Shown here in pieces: positions 53,191-64,000 of a stretch of DNA of 64,000 bases; positions within the stretch are counted from its first letter, which is position 1, and each line of letters starts with the position of its first letter. The notes beneath the pieces are model-generated. The model was given only the letters and a program-made list of their open reading frames with translations. It made no database searches and was not told where the DNA came from. The translations under genes and the position numbers were made by a program. The DNA lies in the NCBI GenBank assembly GCA_000934665.2, contig KZ538023.1:1-64000 (forward strand). Direction: 5' to 3'. The DNA is from Catajapyx aquilonaris (Eukaryota).

Positions 53191-56100
53191 GGAAGAAGAG
53201 GATGAGGATGTTGATTCGGAAGAGTTCAGCCAGTACACAGACAGGACTGACACGACCAGAGACGACGATGAGGAGGAAATAGCGACACCATCAGTAGTTG
53301 GTCAGCAGCAGAAGGAGGAGAAGAAACCGGAGGAACAGTCGGAACAAGTGACTAGCGAAGTGGAGAGCACATCAGAAGAGGACCCGACGGAGCACGTGTC
53401 TATGCAGCAGCCCAACTTGATGTGGCTGCTCGATTTCAACCTGGACGATCACTTCAAGGCCGGTGGTGTCCCAGTGGTCAGCATGGAAGATTCCCCTGAT
53501 AGTGGTTCCAACCCCGACGCACCGACCCAGATGCTCGTTTCCGATGACAACAAGAGGAAGTACAGCACGGTGACCACCATCCCTGCCTACAAGAACATGC
53601 GGGATCTGGTGTCCCTCAAGGTGAAGTGCACCAGCATCCCGACCCCTATCAACAACTACACGCCCCAGGGACAAATGCAGCAGCAGCAGCGGGTCGGGAA
53701 CACCACGGGCAAGCTGCCCCTGACGCAGCTGCAGTCCGGGACGGCGACCGTGATTCAGCGAAAGCCGGCTGCTCCGGCCGTCGGATGCTGCTCGGATTCC
53801 GCGCATCCGACTGATCCGAGGCCCAAGAAACCGCCGTACACCTACACCGAACTGATAGAGCAAGCGCTTAAGGAGAAAGGGGAACTGACTGTTTCCTCAA
53901 TTTACCAGTGGATCTCGTGAGTACATTTTTTTTTTTTCTTCTTCTTCTTCTTCTTCTGTTACATCTTTTAAACTCTGCCAGAAAATTTAACTGTCAAGTT
54001 TATTTCCGGAATTATCACCGGAGACGGCTATAAAAAGTCATCACTGTTCCTGCTGGGTGAGGGGGAGNGGGGATGAAAATGGGCGAGGGGTTTCGCCTGG
54101 CACAACACACGACCATGTCCACATTGGCCCACCCACACCTGCATGCAGTCATCCCCCCCTTTAAAAAAAACCCGCTCCCCCAGGCGCTACCTTCAATTTG
54201 TAATGGTCTGTGGACACGACACACGTGCTCTATCATTGCACCGGTCAGGACAGATCGTCGAACAATGGCGAAACAATAAAAAAAAATCAGTGCCCTTTAT
54301 GTACAGGTTATGGAGCATCGATCAAAGTTGCGTAGACGGACCTGATGAAAGCTGGGGGTTGGGCTGGAGGGTGCTAATTTCTTTGCGTTTATTGACGGAC
54401 AAGTCCCTCGACCTCTACCGTGTATGTGTATATAGGGAAGTGATTGTTCGGCTTTCCGCATCGAGTGAGTCACGCCAGCAGGTGGATGATGGTGCCAGGA
54501 ACAGTGGGCACCACTTTTTTGGGGGGGAAGGAAAGGATGGGGTCTAGCTAGGCCGGGGAGAAGGGGAAGACCGGAATTATCAGGAGGAGCCGGCTCTTAG
54601 CACAGATTACTCACCTGCGCAATCAACGTGTTATGTCGGGCAATACACCCGTAATTTTTTAAAGGATGAGATTCCCACGGATTTGTGTAAACTGTATGGG
54701 CAGGGAGGGATGCTGGCAGATGGCACACGTCGTTATGTCAACTGACGGTCGTAATATATGTGGGCAGGAATCGGGTGACCCCCGTCTCCCCGGGGCGGGG
54801 GCGATTAGGGTTAACCGGGATGTGAATATTTTATGCATGGGAGAGGGGACAGGTGTGAACGAAGGGGCGGAAAAAGTGATGGCAGGTCATCATGTGATTG
54901 TGGACGAGCGCTGTCGTTTGCCGCATTGTGTGGCAGGCCGGGTTGAATGATAAATAAAGTCAGGAGCTGCAGCATGCAGATGCGAGGTCTTTAAGATACT
55001 CGTACTGTACCTTATTGTATGTCAATGTCAAAGTGGAGACGGAATGCAGCAACTTCCCTACCTCACTGGTGGCCCCTGCCACGCAGGCAGCCCGTCAAAC
55101 AGAGGAGGCTCATTGGTCACCTAGCTGCCAGGATGAGCTTTCTCCTGTGACTTTTCATACTATATGCTTACTTACTCAACCGGCCCAGGGGCGATAAAGC
55201 ACCTTGACCACATTAACAACAACGACGAACCTTACCATTGATCAATCACTCTCTTATGGAAAAAAAAACTGCACCGGGGTTAGTCCCTGAAAATTGGAGG
55301 TCCCTTCTTTCTTTTCTACATTCAATGAGTTTGTTAGCACACACCACAAAATCACAGAAAATTGAAAACGTGTAATTATAATAACAGTGCAGTACTTCTC
55401 ATGTTTTCAGGAATGAGTGTTTTTGAGAGAACTGCCTTTGTGCCATCATACCTATGGTTTTAGTTATTCTCTACGCCTTTGCCCACAGGGACCACTTCCC
55501 TTACTACCAGGCCAATGATGACCGGTGGAAAAATTCCGTGCGGCACAACCTGTCCATCAATCCCCACTTCAAGAAGGCAGGCAAGGCAAGGCAGGGTTCC
55601 GGCCACTTTTGGACTGTTGCCGCACTCGAGGAGAGGGGCAAGGGCCTTTGGGTAACTATCAATTCCACAGCATAACCTTGCACCTAATAAAGGGCTGAAC
55701 TGCAAAATGGTGTGGAGGGATCAGAGATCAGAAACAGGAGTTAAATCAGGAATTAAATGGGCGATTAATGTGTGATGACAGGAAAAGGAACAGGAAAGAA
55801 GAAAGGCTTCAGTTAGCAGTGTACAGAGCACGGTACAGAGTCTAGAAAATTGATGTATACACTAAAGCAGAGTGCAATGTCTTTTTGCACAGAGCATGAT
55901 TCTGTCGACATTTAATTTGAAATCGCCTTTATATTGAAACTATTTCTCTTTGCAAAAAGATCCTGAACCATTCTTCCTTATTCGCGGCTGAAATTCTGAC
56001 ATAGGGAACCCTGAAATTCTGCAAAGTTTCTGTTTCATCCAGAATCCATTGTATTGAGGCTTGCACAGTATAATGAAAATGGTGGGACAGATTGAAGGAG

Positions 56101-59100
56101 TCCAATAAAATAAGCAGTGCCAATGACAGGTCACAATGTACAAATATAGCTAAAGTTTTCCCTTCTGCATTGCCATGTTTTCATCTTGAAACATGGAGCA
56201 GCACAAGAGACGTCAGATGCTGGAAGAATTTGCTCGAACCCAGCTACACGTGAACTGCAAGTGTCCCCTGAAGATGACTCATGAACAAGCGGCAGCAGCC
56301 ATGGCACAGCCAGCCAGCAAGAATTGCGAGCGACAACAGAACCACTACGGCAGTAACTTTCTCCTGGCGGATCGCTCATCCTGCCTCTGCCGGAGAAATG
56401 ACTTTGAAATGGCAATGGCCAGGGAGGACGCTGAGGCCGTGGCCAGCATTGTTGGCACGGAAGATTCCGTCGGCGAGCATCAGGAACTGTACCAGGTCAT
56501 TCAGCAGCCTGACGGCACCCACCACCTGGTGCTGGCCCCTGGTCCCCAGTCCCCTATGCCCACCCCGCTGGTGCCAGTGTCCACCTACACTGGGGATATC
56601 ATCCTGGAACAACAACAAGGAGGCAGGACTGGTGAGGAGAACAAAGAGAATCATCAGGATAGTGCCACTTTCCTGCCTCTGCTTGGGATGACTGCCTTTA
56701 CGCCATTGCAAGTGCATGTGAGTGTAGAGTTGTGGAAGGAAGAGTTTTTTTCCCCCCCAGGTTTCATGGTATTATTGAGAACATCCTTGATATGAATGAA
56801 TGGATAGGCCCACTGATAATTCTCATTATATTAGTGTCAGGTCTAATGAATTAATGACACTTGAAGCTTGCACTGTGAAGGAACTACAATTAAATGCCAC
56901 CAGATAACAAGTGCCCAACTCGAATGGGAAAAATGGTTGGGGTGCAAGAAAAAAAATAAATGGTCATTTTAACCCTGGAACCGTGAACGTGCCTGAAAGT
57001 TAGGACACCATCCACATTGTAATTTTTATTAATTTTTATAGCATTTTTTCAATGTATTGACTATATATATGCAATCATTCATTGAACAATGGCTAAAATG
57101 ATCGCTAATTCAAAATAAACATGCACTTCCTGTTATATACTTTTTTAAAAAATGTTCATGTAATTGTCATTTTAATTCCTTTGGGGTCGTAAAAGACCCC
57201 CCGTCACGGTTCAGGGGTTAAAAATATCATAACTACACATGCAGAAGTACTTTTCATACGGCATTATTATGACAGGGTCGCTGAGCTTCACCACAAAAGA
57301 TCACTGATATAGCCATTGCTTGTTTTTAAGCGTTATTGCTCATAGAGTAGCTGCTACATTTTGAATGGCACCCTTGGAACCAAGCTTGTTGACATAAAGT
57401 AGGGTTGCTAAGCAACCCGGATTGGTAACACTGTCTCTATCAACCAAAGAGAGAAGAAGCCAGTTCCGGAACACTGTTCAGCTCATAATGTGCTGCGTAA
57501 GTAGCTCTGCAATCGAAGCTTTAAATTCTTGTCGACTACAAAACTCAGCCTTCAGGCATCTTATCCACACATTATTTTGTGGGTAACAATATATTGGCAA
57601 TGGAAGAAACTTGGTAACCTAGCAAACTGATTTCAATATGGTTGAACATTGAAATCAGTTTGATTGTTATGTGTGCATAGGTGTACTGTAACAAAACAAA
57701 AAAACAAAGGGGAACTACATTTGGTACATTGGTATATTTTTTAGGAGCACGTGAAAGTGCAGTGATTCATGACGGTCATTACATTAGGAAGTCATGTGCA
57801 GTAAGGTACTCAAATATTAATTTTCTAATAAGTTATATCTTGTGTCTTGGGCCCTTTGTTGCCTCATGCAACAAAAGGACACTGTTTACTCCTATTGTTG
57901 CATGGAAATTGATATGTGGGAGATTCCAGAATATTGCATTCTCGAATGTCTTATGACTGGAAAAGACATCAAACCAACTTGTGGCAGATTGACAACGTTG
58001 TTGATTTCCCCCCCCCCAAAAAAAAAGAGAATAATAACCCACTTCTAAAAATGATGCAAGTTTCTGAAATCAAAGAATCAACAAATCAGCACAAAAGCTG
58101 TTGCCAAATAATTCTAAGCCTGAGACATGAATAAGCACAGCTAAAGATTTGAACTCACCAAATTCCTCTCTGGGATCGGACACCACCAAACAGTCTGGCT
58201 GCAACATTCCGTCTGATCTTGTCAACATGTGAATGACTACTGGATATTACCACCGGAGCTTGTTGACGTTTAATCACAACAAACTTTCACACTTGCAGAA
58301 AACAGTGTAAACAGTGCCTTGTTTTGTGTTGTTTGGGAGAGAACTGCATGTGACAATATGTTAGAACTGGTTGAGGAACTTAAATTAGTTGTGCATTTTC
58401 ATTCGCAAGATGATCTTTATGCATTAATCATTGCATGCGATTACATGACATGCGATGAAAATCAATCTGATGGGATGCACATGGCTTTTTGCACCCAGCT
58501 GCGCAATAATATTCTGCAGTGGGTATTATCAAGAGCTAATGGTATTATTATGAAGCAGAAAGTTATTCTGCCTTTGCAAACTTTTACTGACGTCTCAAAG
58601 TTCCCCTCTTGTTTCCTATTTTCCTCTCAAATGAAGGGAATGAATGACGGTTCGGAGGTTGTTCAGGGCGCAGAAGGAGTGATTGATGACCAGATGGTGG
58701 ATTATGTGGATTGGATCCAAGTTGAGAATGTGGAGTCTCTCGAGCACATGTACCCCACCCTGAGCGAGGAAGTCGTAGGAAATCTTGAGCAGCTGTCGTC
58801 TCAGTTCCTGACGTCCACCCCAAACCCAATGCAGCAAGGAGCCCGATTGGTGGCCGTGGGTGAAGGATCAGGAGCCAACAATGACGTCACCTTGGAGGGC
58901 CAAGACCTCTCCCTCGACTTGCAGTCTCTCCCACTGAACTTCTGCCACATGGTTCCATCCACTGTTATGCCCACTGAGGAAGGTAAGCCATACCCCATTT
59001 TATAATCCCTTAGGTGCCTTGGTTCCGTACAGTAACCCTTATTTCCCCCCCCTTTTATTTTCAGTTCAATTTCAGTTTTTATTACGCTTCCTTGAGTTGC

Positions 59101-59838
59101 TTTCTGCTAATTAGTGACCTTAGAACTGAGTGCTGAGCTTGGCCATTCCCACCCTGATTGCAACCTGAGTTTTTGGTATGTGCAATGCCACCCGAAAAAT
59201 TCATTTTGCTATATTTTGTAATGAAGCACATTTCACTTGATGCCTCAAAGCAAGTTCAAGTTTGACAAAACACATGGATTCCATGATGCAGAAAAACCCC
59301 TTGCAGCCACTCCATAACAACCCTTGTCGCTAACCACCTTGGACCTAATGATCATTCTCCATGTAGCCCATCCCTGACCCTTCACTTTCCTCTCTTTCCC
59401 AATCCCGCACCACAACCAACGACAGACTTCCTTACCATGGGATTCGATCACCAACTTTTCGAAGACTCTAAGATACTCTGGGACCTGGACTCAACCAATT
59501 TTTCAGCCGAGGTGCTGCCCATGGAGGTAGCGCCTGGAAAGGAGGGAGCAGGAGCAGCAGCAGCCAGCAGCTCTGGCGTTGCGTCCGCCAAGGAAGTGCC
59601 TTCCAAGGTGAAGCTTGAGATGGAGGATGGATCAACCACCCTCATGCTGGATGGGGTGGAAGTGCTGCCTGCCGACACCATGGACTTGTCGTACATGCTG
59701 CCATCTGACTTGACCTTGGTTGACGGGGACCAGATTGTGCTGCAGTTTTCACAAGATGGATCTCAACTGGTGTCCATAGCAGAAGGGATGAAACAGGAAG
59801 TGGCAGGCTCGCAGGAGAACAATGCCAGTGGCAACTAG
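52276..59838 (+). CDS. Divergent forkhead-box transcription factor (FoxM/N/J-like clade), 6 coding exons, ~868 aa
   Basis: Exons 52276-52369, 52842-53916, 55489-55651, 56202-56717, 58637-58982, 59426-59838 join in frame. Forkhead domain KPPYTYTELIEQALKEKGELTVSSIYQWIS|DHFPYYQANDDRWKNSVRHNLSINPHFKK...GSGHFWTV; acidic tracts. The junctions after the domain are less certain. Confidence 0.85.
56973..57217. mobile_element. piggyBac-type non-autonomous element (245 bp) in a forkhead-gene intron
   Basis: TTAA|CCCTGGAACCGTGA ... TCACGGTTCAGGGG|TTAA: TTAA on both sides, CCC/GGG ends, 12 of 14 TIR match, subterminal palindrome GGGGTCGTAAAAGACCCC. Confidence 0.8.
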
Positions 59839-61456
59839 CAAGCGGAACCCAGAACAATAGAGGCCAAAAGCACTGAGTCCCTCTGGACATTACAAAATGG
59901 CAGGAGGGACAGCAGTGACAAGTAGAAGCCATGCTCCTACCACACCTGTCATCAAAAGTTGTGTTGTGTTGAAGTGGGAAGTGTGTCCGTTGCTTTCCTT
60001 CTTTCCGTTGTTATTGTTTTCCCTTGGATTTAAACTTGTGTGCACGCGAATGGTGTGCTCTGCTTCGTAACCCTGGCAACCCCCTTGAATCATGATTATT
60101 GCAAGCAGAACCATTATGAAGGGGGTGATGTTTCAGATGCCAAGGTTTCTTGAGCAAAAGTGGACAAAAAAGTTAACATGGAATTTGAGAGAAGTTTGTC
60201 TGATTAATACGGCACATTTGCCTCTTTGTCAGTCCGTTCGTACCCCCCCGTTTGGAAGAGATATCAAAATTTGAACGACCCTTGCACTGTATTCATGTCA
60301 AACTTTTTTCTTTCATTATATTTCATACAAAAGTACAGACAATTGTGTCTCTCCCGTCACTCAGATTCCAATTGTCTCTCCCCTCCCCCCCCCTTTAAAA
60401 TTACACCATTTTGTAGCGCTAAGGTAATTTCATGCCATTACAATGCTATCCTTAACTAGTCACTTCTCAAGACTATTTCAAATGGGTATAAACATATTTG
60501 ACAAAATATCATGCTCAGTGGGTTATATCATGTAGTAGATTAGTTTTTGCATAGAGCAATTTTATCTTTTTAAGCTGGCCTTGTCAAATATTGTTATTGT
60601 GTTTTTTAAAATTGTTTTCATGATTCAAACACAGAGCCACGTACAAAGTCTCCCAATTAACTTTTCCTTGCCTGTACAAATTTTCTCAATAGCAGTGAAG
60701 CCACTGAAGCAATTATGCAAAAGGGTTTAGACAACGATCATTATGTCTAATTTCAACAAGTCACTCCGATGCATTTAAGTGCGGCAAAAATGGGTTCCTT
60801 GTTCAACTTTGAATCCGTTGGTAGCTGAATCATTGCTCCAAAATCTCGGGTGAAGTATTAATAGCAGTGTGAAAAAGATAAACTTTGGAAAAAAAAAAAA
60901 TGGTGTGATTGTTGAGTGAAAAGTCTATTTTATTCTTCTGGACTCTTGTGTGTGACCTACAAAAAAAAAACCCTTCCAATCAATCCAGTTTGTTCAAGGG
61001 TATATACCATGCCAAAAATGCTTTTTTGAACAGTGAAGTGACATGTATATTTCAATATGTTCAAATAAAAATAAATAAATGTGAAGTGGTAAATTATGCA
61101 TTATCACCATAAGTTAAACGGATTTAATTTTTTAAAACAAATTTTATTCTCAACACAAGTTCTGCACAAAAGTGGCGATAAGTAATTAATAATTTGTTCC
61201 TTCTTGGGGCAGAGCGGTGGGGGAGGGAATGGAAATAGCTGAGAAGATATCCACAAAATGTAACAAGTCCGGGGGGTTAGGTCAAGTTGAAGAGTATGTG
61301 CAGTTTTTTTTTTTCCCCCACGCAGTAGAACACACACAAAAAAAAGTCTTTTGTTTTAATATCCTCTCCAATTCACAAGCTAAGTACACTACAACTCACT
61401 TGTAACAGAAATGATGGGGGGTGGTGGGAATAAGTGAGAAGAAACACACTCCACAT

Positions 61457-63186
61457 CTACCTCCCGCCTGCTCCCTGGTCGTTCCCAGCGGGACTGCTGC
61501 TCAGGAAGACCAAAAGCAAGATGGGCACAATGTACATCCACTGGAAAAGGGGAGAAAGAGAGAGAGAAAAAAAAATAGAGATACACCTTGTGGTCATAAC
61601 ACGAAGCAGAATGTATCAGTAAGCAAAGCACGAGAAGCTCCCATTCCCATGGCACTAACAAGACACACGTAACATAAGATATACTCTTCATAATAAAAAC
61701 ATCCTTAAAAGACTTTCCACCAATAAATATATGAGATTTAATATTTAACATGGGAATGTACTATAGTCGTCAAAAAGATGAAGACAGACAGGGAAAGAGC
61801 AATCAAGGTCACTTCATATTTGGTGGTATCTGTTCCGACGCTACTGTACAGTATGTTTGCTGCTGTACATTTGTTGCGGAAAAGACATCACCCGGAGTGA
61901 ACTCCTGCCCAAGTTTGTCTTCATCTTTTTGACTGCTATATGTACGAGAGTATGGCACTTTCAGATCCCAACAACATAATACTGTGCAGAAATGAGCAAG
62001 CGAGGCGAGCAAAAAGGCAACAAAACAGGAACGATATTAATTCCCGAATCCAAAGAGCAAGTACTGAATGCCTACAAAAAGCAGGCAAAATCCCAAGTAC
62101 TTGATCATGCCTAGGAGGGTACTTAGGAACTGTGTTAGGAGGCTTACGTATTTGGCCAGGAATGATCGGTTGTCTTTGGTTTCGCCCCTTTCTTTCGCCA
62201 GACGTTCTTGCTCCAGTTTTTGGATGTAACTGGCCGTGTCAGGGCTGGGGGAAAAAACAAATGGTAAGAAGCTGCTTGATAAAATGCATTCATTATTGTT
62301 CAGCGCTACATACACAGGTCCCGGTTCCATCTGCTGCACCAGAACAGTGGTGTTGAATCTCTGCAGATCTGCGTCCCGAAGTGGGAATATTTCTGTCGGA
62401 GGCATAGCCACGGGGTTGAGGGTCACGCTGATCACATTTCCTACGTGGTCGAGGTTCACCGTTATGTAGTCGGACAGCCGGGACTCGTACAGCGAATGCT
62501 GGAAACATCAGCTCGTTAAAGTCAACGTCTATTGCGTTAAGTTGGTATTGCCAGTCGGTACATACATGATCGCGGGGTTAGAATTACAAGGTTGTAACTA
62601 CATAGGATTTTCATTGCGGTTACAACCTTGTAATTCTCACCCTGCGATACGTGTTGTTGGAGTACACAATTGCAAACCAGGTCAATTCTGAATTATAATA
62701 ATTAATATGCCTCCTTTTTTGCTCACGGCTACTGCTACTGTTACACGAGATCATACCCCTTTGAGGAAGGTTAGGAACGTCGACTCCGCGCCATCCGTGT
62801 TCTTGCATACAGTCTGCACTCTGTACAGCCCATCCTTCTGTATCAGCACCTACAAAGGACACACACCACTATTATTATGAATATGATTATTATGCTGATC
62901 GTACTTTGAGCTTCCGCCTTTCCTCCTCGGTGAGTGGGTTCTGCGTAATGGAAGTGAGTCCGGCTGCCACGCTCCTTATGTGGACCGTCCCTCTCAAGGT
63001 GAACTCAGGGTCCGGATGAGTGTCCAAAGCATGGTTGAGCGTAAGGGTTAGATGCTTATCGTAATCAAATTCCATCTGGAATATGATGCGGGTTTAGAGC
63101 CCAGTACTTTCAACAAACCCAATTGTACTTACTCCTAGTGCTATGCTGAGTAGACAAACGAGTATGTGAAGCCACTGGACCATCAT
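61457..63186 (-). CDS. EMC10: ER membrane protein complex subunit 10, 6 exons, ~227 aa
   Basis: Exons 63186-63133, 63075-62905, 62849-62757, 62498-62314, 62244-62148, 61540-61457; signal peptide, SLYESRLSD.ITV.LD..GNVISV, PDTASYIQKLEQE...DNRSFLAKYWMYIVP followed by a transmembrane helix. Confidence 0.93.
62569..62648. repeat. 80-bp hairpin (30-bp arms, 28 of 30 match) in EMC10 intron 3
   Basis: ATCGCGGGGTTAGAATTACAAGGTTGTAAC (62569-62598) versus GTTACAACCTTGTAATTCTCACCCTGCGAT (62619-62648). Confidence 0.85.
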
Positions 63187-63356
63187 TTTTTGGTTATTAT
63201 TTTTTCAATATTTTTTTTTTTCAAGACTAGAGAGGCAGGTCACCAGATTTTTGTTCTGCAGTTGTGGACAAATAATGTTCAATAGTGCAATCGATCCAGT
63301 GCTGACGAAACAGAAAACGATACCAAATAATTTGCGGATACCATCGACGATCAAAG

Positions 63357-64000
63357 ATGGCGGCAGATTTTCGAACGTGAGTTTTCTTCTGTTTGCAATA
63401 TTATTATTATTATTTTTTTAAAAATATTTAAACTGTTAGCACCTCCTGATGAAGGCCTCACAACTATTTGGGGGTATTGTACTGATGAGGATGCCATGAT
63501 AATAACAACCGGTTGCTATGACAACCGAACATGGACAAACAAACAAGCAGACATACATACACACAACTTTGCCTTTTTTTTATAATAATGGGTGACACTT
63601 TTTTTTGTATTATACAGGAACATTGTGCGTTTGGATGATCTGTTCTTTGCGGTGGCCAAGGAGCATCCGGAACGGCATTGTGTCACTTTTGATGATTATG
63701 CAACGGCATCGAAATGCACGTACAAGGAGATGACGAGCGCTGTCGAAAGGGTGAAGGCGGCTTTGCAGAAGCTGGCCGCAGAAGGGGAGACAATTGGAAT
63801 TGCGGTTGAAGCGTCGCTTGTTTTTCCTGCGGTGATTCTTGGGTAATTTTATTGGCACGCTTCATATATGATGTGTAATAATTGCGCTGCTTTTTTTAAT
63901 GTTGTAGCGTACTTGCTGCGAGGATGTCGTTTGCGTACCTGAACAGTGAGAGGTTTGTGAAGAAATGTGGCGTCAGGTTCTGCTTCAAGAGCGAGGATTC
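63357..64000 (+). CDS. AASDH: 5' part of an AASDH/ACSF4-like (beta-alanine-activating, NRPS-like adenylation) protein; runs off the window
   Basis: Exons 63357-63376, 63618-63842, 63908->64000; LDDLFFAVAKEHPERHCVTFDD...TYKEM...IGI.VE.SL.FPAVILGVLAARMSFAYL...FVKKCGVRF resembles the AASDH adenylation-domain N-terminus. Head-to-head with EMC10 (start codons ~170 bp apart). Confidence 0.7.

Noticed and set aside
58319..58636. 5' half of the 228-aa ORF as coding sequence
   Set aside because: Upstream of the phase-compatible acceptor at 58637 and intron-like in composition; only 58637-58982 is modelled as exon.

Overview
Eukaryotic (animal, most likely arthropod-like) genomic DNA with GT-AG introns, many only 50-70 nt long. 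Ten protein-coding genes were reconstructed by hand from the ORF track and splice sites, each with continuous reading frames: RASSF8 (-), an unrecognised multi-exon gene with a Pro/Ala/Glu-rich tail (+), Nup37 (+), a CYTH/CyaB-like protein (+), a myosin light chain kinase-like kinase with two alternative terminal exons (-), RpS16 (-), thymidylate synthase (+), ILRUN/C6orf106 (-), a large divergent forkhead transcription factor (+) and EMC10 (-). The 5' end of an AASDH-like gene (+) runs off the right edge. Non-coding DNA holds two copies of a tRNA-headed SINE, several MITE-like inverted-repeat elements (TA, TAA and TTAA flanks), a CCAAT array, an NRF1-type palindrome repeat, a ~177-bp tandem repeat and small assembly gaps. 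I see no prokaryote-type system (no CRISPR array, no operon). The best candidates for something new are: a forkhead factor carrying FoxM1-like cell-cycle motifs, a terminal-exon switch that adds or removes the kinase calmodulin-binding segment, and the orphan gene. All family assignments come from motif recognition; no searches were run.
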